The notes below the pieces were generated by a model. The model was not told where the DNA came from. It saw only the letters and a program-made list of their open reading frames with translations, and made no database searches. Made by a program: the position numbers and the translations under genes. From the NCBI RefSeq assembly GCF_001945605.1, contig NZ_MPKA01000090.1, forward strand, positions 1 to 32,000: a stretch of 32,000 nt of DNA, given 5' to 3'. How positions within the stretch are numbered: position 1 is the first letter of the stretch; each line of letters starts with the position of its first letter. Shown here piece by piece: positions 1-7,547 of this stretch. Source of the stretch: Dubosiella newyorkensis. GTDB lineage: Bacteria; Bacillota_I; Bacilli_A; Erysipelotrichales; Erysipelotrichaceae.

Positions 1-254
1 TATCAAACATGGGAAATGTCCTTTCTAGTATTTGTTTGGTCGAACTAATCTTACTAAGGATATTTCCTTTTTTCTATTCTATTTAGGAAACAAATCTACC
101 TATTTACACAAAATATTTTACACTCTCGATTAGTGATTTAAATATATGTTAATAATACCCGTTTAATTGAATTACTATATGAATAAAAAGTAAGTATTTT
201 CAAAAGGAATAGTAGGACGAAAAAAAACAAAATATACTTTTTCATTTGTTTATG

Positions 255-282
255 TTGGTCTGTTATTCATCTGGTTTATAAT
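255..282 (+). promoter_or_regulatory. candidate sigma-A-type promoter (TTGGTC-16-TATAAT) upstream of the membrane-protein gene
   Basis: TATAAT at 277-282 and TTGGTC at 255-260, read directly. The 16-nt spacer and imperfect -35 make it weak, and the AT-rich context raises the false-positive risk. Confidence 0.3.
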
Positions 283-386
283 AGATTATTGAAGTAAAAC
301 ACTTCTGTATAGGTTATGTTGTAATGAATGTATATGTGATAGATATTATTATATTTAATCATTTGAAAAGAAAAGGTAATTTAAAC

Positions 387-2057
387 ATGAGTAAAATATT
401 TCAAAAATTAAAAAAACCATCATTCTACATTATTATTGTGCTTATATGTCTAAGAATCTTTTTGGGATGGGCATCTGGAATTCAATTTAACTCTATAGAT
501 ACTTATGATGACGCTTTATTCATCGCTTATACGGATTTACAAACTCACTTTTTGAGCCCAAATTATTTATCCTTGGTAAAGACAATGAGCTTTCCTTTAT
601 TTTTAAATTTTGTTAAAGCTACTGGTTTACAATTTAGCATTATAACCAGTTTACTGTGGATTATTGATGCCTTTTATTTTAAGAGGCTAATCAAAATGAT
701 TTCAAAAAATAAATGGATAGAGTATTTTAGCTTTGTTTATGTACTTTTTTTTCCAACTGCGTTTGAACTTTGGCAAGGAACAAGAGTGTATCGAAATACG
801 ATTATAGCTCCTTTTGTGATGTTTATGTTTATTTATATGATTGAATTTACGTATAAAAATCTTAATCGTCATATTTCAGTGCTTGATTGTTTAATTTCGA
901 TAATCATGAGTATAGTATTTACTTTTACTTATTATATCAAAGAGGATGGTTTATGGCTCTTGGCTTGTTTGCTGTTTTTTATTTTAGTGAATATAGTGAT
1001 CTCGATTTTTAATGTAAAAAAGGTAAAACAAAAAATAAAATATATATTAACTATCTTCCTCTGTTTTTCATTGATGATTTCTGGATTTTCATGTATCACT
1101 AGTTATTATAAGTATACAAACACAAAATATTTCGGTGTTCCTGAGATAGAAACAAGAAATGGCGGCGAGCTAGGGGAATTTGCTGCTAATATCTACAAAA
1201 TTGATTCAAATAAAAGGAATATGATTTACTGGGCGCCTAAAGATGCAATTGATAAAGCGTGGAAAACATCAAAAACTTTGCAAGAGCATCCAGAATTATA
1301 CCAGGCGATTATTAATACTCCATGGTATGGCAATATTGGACAAAATCCAATTCAAGGTGATTTTTTGACGTGGGTTTTACGAACTGCATTATATGATACA
1401 GGTCTTTGGACAAATGAAAAAAATGTTTCTGATCTCTTTCATCAAGTAAATGAAGAGCTAGAAAAAGGTTTCGAAGATGGAACTTTGAAAAAGGATACTA
1501 GGATTCAATTGCTATCATCAGCAGGCGGAAGAACATTTAGAGAAATTATTTCGTTAGCACCACTGGTTTATAAATCATTTTTAGGATCGATCTTTTTAGA
1601 AGGTTATATCCCTGGAATTAATTCTATAGGAAATTCTGAAGACAGTGAAGTAACTAAAAGTGCTGCCGATTATACAAATACTTCTTATATTGAGGATTAT
1701 TCAAAAAAATTTCATTCAAACTTTTTAGATAAAGTCATTCAAATTTTATTTTGGATTTATCGGATTATGAACTGTGTTCTTTTTATCTCGATATTAATTA
1801 CAATAGGTTTCTATCTATTCCGTTTATTTAGATACGGCTTTAAGGCAGTACATAAAAACGCTTCTTTCTTATTCTTGACAAGTTTGATTTGTTTAGGAAT
1901 TGGAGTCGTTTATGCTATAGCAATTTCATGGTTCTCTCAGTTTATTTTTATTAGTGGAGTCAATATGTCAATTCTAAATTTTTATGTAATTGGTCTGCCA
2001 GTTCTTCTTTCGTTTAGTTATTTTACAAGCCTAGTTTATTTAGTTGAATATTCTTGA
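387..2057 (+). CDS. polytopic integral membrane protein, possible GT-C-fold glycosyltransferase (function unproven)
   Basis: From track ORF 324..2057. I prefer ATG 387 (MSKIFQKLKK followed at once by a TM helix); ATG 324 remains possible. There are many hydrophobic helices at both ends around a ~200-aa hydrophilic loop. An acidic DTYDD motif follows the first helix, as in the first outer loop of GT-C enzymes. No family recognised with certainty. Confidence 0.75.
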   Translation: MSKIFQKLKKPSFYIIIVLICLRIFLGWASGIQFNSIDTYDDALFIAYTDLQTHFLSPNYLSLVKTMSFPLFLNFVKATGLQFSIITSLLWIIDAFYFKRLIKMISKNKWIEYFSFVYVLFFPTAFELWQGTRVYRNTIIAPFVMFMFIYMIEFTYKNLNRHISVLDCLISIIMSIVFTFTYYIKEDGLWLLACLLFFILVNIVISIFNVKKVKQKIKYILTIFLCFSLMISGFSCITSYYKYTNTKYFGVPEIETRNGGELGEFAANIYKIDSNKRNMIYWAPKDAIDKAWKTSKTLQEHPELYQAIINTPWYGNIGQNPIQGDFLTWVLRTALYDTGLWTNEKNVSDLFHQVNEELEKGFEDGTLKKDTRIQLLSSAGGRTFREIISLAPLVYKSFLGSIFLEGYIPGINSIGNSEDSEVTKSAADYTNTSYIEDYSKKFHSNFLDKVIQILFWIYRIMNCVLFISILITIGFYLFRLFRYGFKAVHKNASFLFLTSLICLGIGVVYAIAISWFSQFIFISGVNMSILNFYVIGLPVLLSFSYFTSLVYLVEYS

Positions 2058-2275
2058 ACAAAACAACTATAAATAATGATTAATGTGATATATAAGCGTG
2101 ATTATAATAACAAATGAATGAAATCGAAAAGTCTTTAGCTTTGTTTAAAGGCTTTTTATTTTTTGCTATAAGTTATTAATCATTTCTAACATAATATCCC
2201 ATAATTTTATTGATATTTAGTGTTATTTGCTATATCATATACCGTAATAGATAAATATTTTAGAGAGGATCTAGT

Positions 2276-5158
2276 ATGATTAAAAAAGACTATTCTTTGC
2301 TTGTTGCTGCTTTTATTGGCTTAAGCAGTGGATGGGCAGTGATGAATCAAGAAGCTTTAGCAAGTCAATCAGAGGAAGTGTTGGTCGTGGGGGAAGAACA
2401 ACCAGCATCTGAATCACCAAACGAAGATTCTAAATCAACAGTACAAACGGATATAGCTCATGAAGATCCGGATCCTGATATAGAGCCAACTGATGAGGAC
2501 CAGACTCTAGAACAGACCGAAAACGAAGAAGGAACTTCGGGAACTATTTTCCAAAAAGAAGGAGAATCTTCACCAATAGGAAGTTCTACGATAGAGGAAA
2601 AGAAAGACGCAGATGAAGAAGCTCCCATATTGGAAACGAAACCTCAACAAACTGTCGATGTGATTGAAACGAAAGAAGAAGTTCAAATCGCACCGATCAA
2701 AAAGGTCGTGGCAGCACCTATGAAAGCCACCGGCCAAACGGGATGGAACAACAATAAATATTATGAAAATGGCCAATTGGCTATTGGTGAGAAAAAAATT
2801 GGAAATACAACCCATCTGTTTGATAATGATGGAAACCCATTAGTTGGGTTCATTCAATATGATGGTAAACTCGTATTTTGTGATGCTAAAGGCGCCATTC
2901 AAACAGGATCATTTACTTCTGCGGATGGAAGAGGAAAGTTTACAGCCGATTCTACTGGAAAAATCATATCTTCCAATTTAGAAAATATTCCTTATTATAA
3001 CCAAAATGATGGGCAATGGGCTATGATTCATGTCGGAGGACTCACTCTATCTTCGAGTGGCTGCGTAGCAATGACAGCTACTTCAGTAATCAACCACTTT
3101 AATCAAACGCATTATAGTCCTGTAGATATCGCAAGAGAAATGAATAAAAAAGGATATTTGAACGCTCCTGGTGGATATGGTACGACATCTGATGTTTGGG
3201 AATATATTGCTAAAACATATGGTTTGACCTATAAAAATAATTTAGGTTATAACTCGATCATCGATTCTCTTCTAGAAGGAAATATTGTTGCTGGTGCCGT
3301 TGGTTTTAGCAGGTGGTGTCCATATTATGGCGGTGTAACCCATGAGATTTATTTATCGGGATACCGAAATGGACAAGTTTATGTTCATGACCCTCTACAT
3401 GATAATCAACAAGGTTGGTATAGTTTATCTTCTGTCTGGGATGTACGCTCTAAAGACTCGGGCGATAATTTAAATGGAGGCCCATTTTATGCTTTAGGAA
3501 AAATTGTCAAAAAAATTATCAATAGTTCTTTAAGCTCGCAAGGAACGATCGTCATCGGAGATCAAAGATATACAGGAAAACCGATCACAACGAAACCAAT
3601 CGTAGGAATATCTCAAAATGGAAACTATATCCAACTTCAAGAAGGAAAGGACTACACACTTTCTTTTGAAAACAATACAAAACCTGGACAAGCAACGGTT
3701 AGCGTAATGGGTAAAGGACTCTATAAAGGAACTCTAAAGAAAGCTTTTTATATCGTAGATTCAACAATCACAAATTCAAGATATACGATTCATTCAAAAG
3801 GAAATGGAAATCTAGTGATCGATGTGCCTGCCGGATCGAAAAATAAATGCGTTTCTTTGCAGATCTACCAATCCAACGATACAAATGCGCAACAATACTA
3901 TATCGAAAAACAAAAAAACGGCTACTATACGATCAAAAATCGGAATTCAGGTTTGTATTTAACAACTTCTTCAGATTGGAGAAATGTGCATAATGGATTA
4001 AAAGTTACCCAGCAATCACTCAGAAATGATCTATCCAGCTATTGGATGATCCGTTCTACAGCCAATGGGCATGTTTTCTCAACAGCAATAGATTCGGCAT
4101 ATGTCCTTGATATACCAGCCGCTGATTTCCGAAATGGGAATACTTTACAAATTTATACTTACAACGGATCAAAAGCTCAGTTATGGAGCTTGGATGATCT
4201 GGATGCTGTAATAAGAAATGCGGATGCTTTAGCACAAAAATCTAAAGGAACAATAAGTGATGGATATTATGTGATCGGATCTAAGATCAACGGCAATAAA
4301 GTGTTGGATGTAACAGGCGCTAGTACAAACAATGGAGCAAACGTTCAGATCTACACGAACAATGGAACCGACGCACAGCTATATCGAATCAGCTATGAAG
4401 GCGATTATCTCAAAATTATGAATGTTGGATCTGGTAAAGTCTTAGACGTTAATGGTGGATCGACCAAAAATGGAACCAACGTTCAACAATTTGCATGGAA
4501 TGGCACAAGAGCTCAAAAATGGATCGCCGTTAAACTCGAAGACGGTATCAAACTTGTTTCGGCGCTGAATACGAATCTAGTCCTTGATCTAGCTGGCGCA
4601 CAGACAAAAGATGGAACCAATATCGCCATCTATGCAAGCAACAACACAAAAGCGCAACGCTGGACATTCATAAAAAAAGAAGATCCAAGAACGGCTATGA
4701 ATAAAATGGCCCAGCAAGGAAAGAAACTCGTAAATGTCGGAACATACGAGATCCACTCGATGGTCGATGGTTCCTACAATTTGGATGTGACTGCCGCCAA
4801 CAAAAACAATGGAGCCAATATACAGCTCTATGCCGACAATAATACTGGAGCCCAAAGATGGAAAATCAGCTATGACGGGAATGGATACGCTCTCATCCAA
4901 AATATCAATTCCGGGAAGTATTTAGGAACAGCAGGAAATCAGGCGAAAAGTGGACTCAATGTGATTCAGTCGAATTTGAACGGATATGCGACGAAGTGGT
5001 TTTTTAAAAACTTGAACGGAAGCATTCAAATCGTATCGGCTCTCCACAAAGATTATGTATTAGATCTATCTGGAGCACATGCAGTTAATGGAAGAAATAT
5101 TCAATTGTATTCGAACAATGGAACGAATGCACAAAAATGGAAGTTTGTTAAAGTTTAA
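2276..5158 (+). CDS. secreted multidomain cell-wall hydrolase: signal peptide, acidic linker, choline-binding-type repeats, C39-like cysteine peptidase, Ig-like spacer, 3 x ricin-type beta-trefoil lectin
   Basis: RBS AGAGAGGA lies before ATG 2276. Signal peptide is MIKKDYSLLVAAFIGLSSGWAVMNQEALA. A Glu/Asp-rich low-complexity stretch follows. GWNNNKYYENGQLAIGEKKIGNTTHLFDNDGNPLVGF resembles cell-wall (choline)-binding repeats. IPYYNQNDGQW...SSSGCVAMTATSV...THEIYLSGY resembles Peptidase_C39_2. The C-terminal ~460 aa has nine (Q/x)xW subrepeats: AQLW, AQKW, AQRW, AQRW, AQKW plus degenerate ones. Confidence 0.9.
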   Translation: MIKKDYSLLVAAFIGLSSGWAVMNQEALASQSEEVLVVGEEQPASESPNEDSKSTVQTDIAHEDPDPDIEPTDEDQTLEQTENEEGTSGTIFQKEGESSPIGSSTIEEKKDADEEAPILETKPQQTVDVIETKEEVQIAPIKKVVAAPMKATGQTGWNNNKYYENGQLAIGEKKIGNTTHLFDNDGNPLVGFIQYDGKLVFCDAKGAIQTGSFTSADGRGKFTADSTGKIISSNLENIPYYNQNDGQWAMIHVGGLTLSSSGCVAMTATSVINHFNQTHYSPVDIAREMNKKGYLNAPGGYGTTSDVWEYIAKTYGLTYKNNLGYNSIIDSLLEGNIVAGAVGFSRWCPYYGGVTHEIYLSGYRNGQVYVHDPLHDNQQGWYSLSSVWDVRSKDSGDNLNGGPFYALGKIVKKIINSSLSSQGTIVIGDQRYTGKPITTKPIVGISQNGNYIQLQEGKDYTLSFENNTKPGQATVSVMGKGLYKGTLKKAFYIVDSTITNSRYTIHSKGNGNLVIDVPAGSKNKCVSLQIYQSNDTNAQQYYIEKQKNGYYTIKNRNSGLYLTTSSDWRNVHNGLKVTQQSLRNDLSSYWMIRSTANGHVFSTAIDSAYVLDIPAADFRNGNTLQIYTYNGSKAQLWSLDDLDAVIRNADALAQKSKGTISDGYYVIGSKINGNKVLDVTGASTNNGANVQIYTNNGTDAQLYRISYEGDYLKIMNVGSGKVLDVNGGSTKNGTNVQQFAWNGTRAQKWIAVKLEDGIKLVSALNTNLVLDLAGAQTKDGTNIAIYASNNTKAQRWTFIKKEDPRTAMNKMAQQGKKLVNVGTYEIHSMVDGSYNLDVTAANKNNGANIQLYADNNTGAQRWKISYDGNGYALIQNINSGKYLGTAGNQAKSGLNVIQSNLNGYATKWFFKNLNGSIQIVSALHKDYVLDLSGAHAVNGRNIQLYSNNGTNAQKWKFVKV

Positions 5159-5172
5159 TAGGGAGAAAGAAT

Positions 5173-7464
5173 ATGAAGAATAAATGGGTAGCAGGTCTTG
5201 CCGTAGCAAGCGGAATTGGAATCGTTTCCTTAGCCCAAGGAATCCAAATTTTAGCAAACGATGGAAGTGAACCAATCATAATAGCATCAGAAGAAGGAAA
5301 TCAAGAACCAGAAACAATCCAAACTGATGGATTGGATAACAATGAATCTGAATATGAAGACGTTGATCAAAACAATAATGAGAATATCCAAAATCAAAAG
5401 GATGAAGTTCAACAAGAAGAACAATTTTTTGCGAAAGAAGATCAATCGGAAGAAACCATCGATGAATCTAAACTGTTAGAATCTCAAGAACCTGTTGTTT
5501 CTCCAAACGAAGTAGTTGATGATCTTAAAAGCGCAGGGGCAGGATCTGCACAGTATATTAAAGACGGAGAGTATTTTATCGCAAGCTCTTTGAACAGTGA
5601 CAAAGTCTTGGATGTAAACGGTGGATCCAAATCAAATGGCGGGAATGTTCAAATCTATGAAAATAATGGAACGAATGCGCAAATATGGAAAGTTGTTTAT
5701 GACAAAAAAGGAGGCTATTATTCCTTGACCAATAAAGGTTCTGGTAAAGTCTTGGATGTGAATGCAGGTCTTGCTCAAAACAGCAACAATATCCAACAAT
5801 ACGCTTGGAATGGAACAAACGCTCAAAAATGGCACATTGTACCTACTACAGCTGGTTATAAACTTGTCTCAGCCATCAACCCAAATTATGTTCTCGATTT
5901 ATCGGGAGCGAATACAAGAAATGGAACCAATATACAGATCTATCAAAACAACAATACTAAAGCACAAAGTTGGATATTCCAAGAGCTGATCAATGAAGTT
6001 GCGTACTTAGATAAGTTAGCTTCCCAAAATAAAAATACTCTTGAAAATGGAATCTATTTAATTCGAAACACGGGAACTGGAAAGTATTTAACTGTTTCCA
6101 ATAGCTCGAATTCGAACGGAGCGAATATCGAAATAACATCTACTTCAAATCAAGAAACGCAAAAATGGAAAGTGGAACACGATTCAATCGGATATGTAAC
6201 GCTGATCAATATGAATTCTGGCCGCGTATTAGATATTAGCGGCGCTTCAAAAGTCAATGGGACAAACATTCAACAATATGATTCCAACAATACTCGGGCT
6301 CAAAAATGGATCACAATCAAAAATGGGGGAGCTCTTCAACTCATTTCTGCTTTATCTTCCACTTTAAGAATGAGCGTGAACGGATCCAATGTGGACAGTG
6401 AAAAGAATAAAGGAACGAGTGCGTCTCAAGCCTGGGTGTTCACAAAAACAACTTCGATTCGCGAAGAAGCAAGCAATCTTGCTTCCAAAAATAAAGGAAC
6501 CGTTGCAGATGGATATTACGAGTTTCATTCAGCAATCAATGATAAACTCGTTTTCGATATTGCAGGAGCCGAAACAAAAAAAGGCGCCAATTTACAAATC
6601 TACACTTCGAATGGAACAAACGCGCAACGCTTTAAAATTATTACCGATGCTTTGGGCTTCTCTTCGATTCTAAATGTCCATGCAAAAAAATACATTTCGG
6701 TCGCTGGAAGCGCCTCTAACTTCACAAATCTTTCAATATCGGATGATAATTCGAATTCTTGGAATGAAAAATGGATCTTCCAAAAGAATGCGGATGGAAC
6801 GATCAAGATCATGTCAGCAATGAATACGAATTATGTCATCGATATTTTAAGCGGATTAGGTAAAAGTGGCCAAAACGTGCAATTGTATACTTGGAATGGA
6901 ACAAACGCGCAAAAGTTCAATTTAAAAAAGCTGAATATTTCAGATAGCTCAGTTCAGTTTTCGAATTCAAATTATGTTTCAAAATGGGTGCATGCCCATC
7001 AAAACAACTATACGGACGGTAGAGAAGGAAATAAGATCACACATATCACGATCCACCATATGGATGGAGTTTCAAGCGCTGAGAATTGTGGACATGTTTT
7101 CCAGAACCCAAACCGCGAAGCATCGGCTCATTACGGAATTGGAAGAAATGGCGAAATCTGCCAATATGTCGATGAAAAAAATACTGCTTGGGCAAACGGA
7201 AACTGGAATAGCAATCTCCATTCTGTCTCGATTGAAAATTCAGATGGAAGTTATCCAACAGGACATAGCCTAACGACTCAAACGATGAATTCCTTGATTC
7301 GACTCGTCGCAGATATTGCCGCGCGAAATGTTCTTGGCCGTCTAGAATATGGAAAGAATGTCAATGTTCATGGAGATGTCGGAAACACCGCTTGTCCAGG
7401 ACCATATATTCGAAATAATTTAAGCTATATTATTTCTTCGGCCAATAGAATCAATGGATATTGA
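5173..7464 (+). CDS. secreted N-acetylmuramoyl-L-alanine amidase (Amidase_2/PGRP type) with N-terminal 3 x ricin-type lectin array
   Basis: RBS GGGAG lies before ATG 5173, followed by a signal peptide and an acidic Asn/Glu/Gln-rich linker. Nine QxW-type subrepeats are present (QIW, QKW, QSW, QKW, QKW, QAW, QRF, EKW, QKF). The C-terminus ITHITIHHM...ASAHYGIG...NVHGDVGNTACPGPY matches the Zn-amidase (T7-lysozyme-like) signature. Confidence 0.92.
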   Translation: MKNKWVAGLAVASGIGIVSLAQGIQILANDGSEPIIIASEEGNQEPETIQTDGLDNNESEYEDVDQNNNENIQNQKDEVQQEEQFFAKEDQSEETIDESKLLESQEPVVSPNEVVDDLKSAGAGSAQYIKDGEYFIASSLNSDKVLDVNGGSKSNGGNVQIYENNGTNAQIWKVVYDKKGGYYSLTNKGSGKVLDVNAGLAQNSNNIQQYAWNGTNAQKWHIVPTTAGYKLVSAINPNYVLDLSGANTRNGTNIQIYQNNNTKAQSWIFQELINEVAYLDKLASQNKNTLENGIYLIRNTGTGKYLTVSNSSNSNGANIEITSTSNQETQKWKVEHDSIGYVTLINMNSGRVLDISGASKVNGTNIQQYDSNNTRAQKWITIKNGGALQLISALSSTLRMSVNGSNVDSEKNKGTSASQAWVFTKTTSIREEASNLASKNKGTVADGYYEFHSAINDKLVFDIAGAETKKGANLQIYTSNGTNAQRFKIITDALGFSSILNVHAKKYISVAGSASNFTNLSISDDNSNSWNEKWIFQKNADGTIKIMSAMNTNYVIDILSGLGKSGQNVQLYTWNGTNAQKFNLKKLNISDSSVQFSNSNYVSKWVHAHQNNYTDGREGNKITHITIHHMDGVSSAENCGHVFQNPNREASAHYGIGRNGEICQYVDEKNTAWANGNWNSNLHSVSIENSDGSYPTGHSLTTQTMNSLIRLVADIAARNVLGRLEYGKNVNVHGDVGNTACPGPYIRNNLSYIISSANRINGY

Positions 7465-7472
7465 TCAAAAAT

Positions 7473-7506
7473 AAGGAGAATCTGTAAATGGATCACTCCT
7501 TTTTTA
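7473..7506 (+). terminator. possible weak rho-independent terminator after the amidase gene
   Basis: AAGGAG (7473-7478) pairs with CTCCTT (7496-7501) and is followed by a T-run. The 17-nt loop makes it weak. Confidence 0.3.
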
Positions 7507-7547
7507 CTTTTGGATTTGGTATACTTATAGATATCTAGGAGAAGATT

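Noticed and set aside
1-86. Possible 3' end of a truncated upstream gene, or a 25-aa hydrophobic peptide (ATG 9 to TAG 84-86), followed by a weak AAGGA/TCCTT hairpin
   Set aside because: It is too short and is cut by the window edge. It has no RBS, and the hairpin has only ~5 bp. I cannot support it from this sequence alone.
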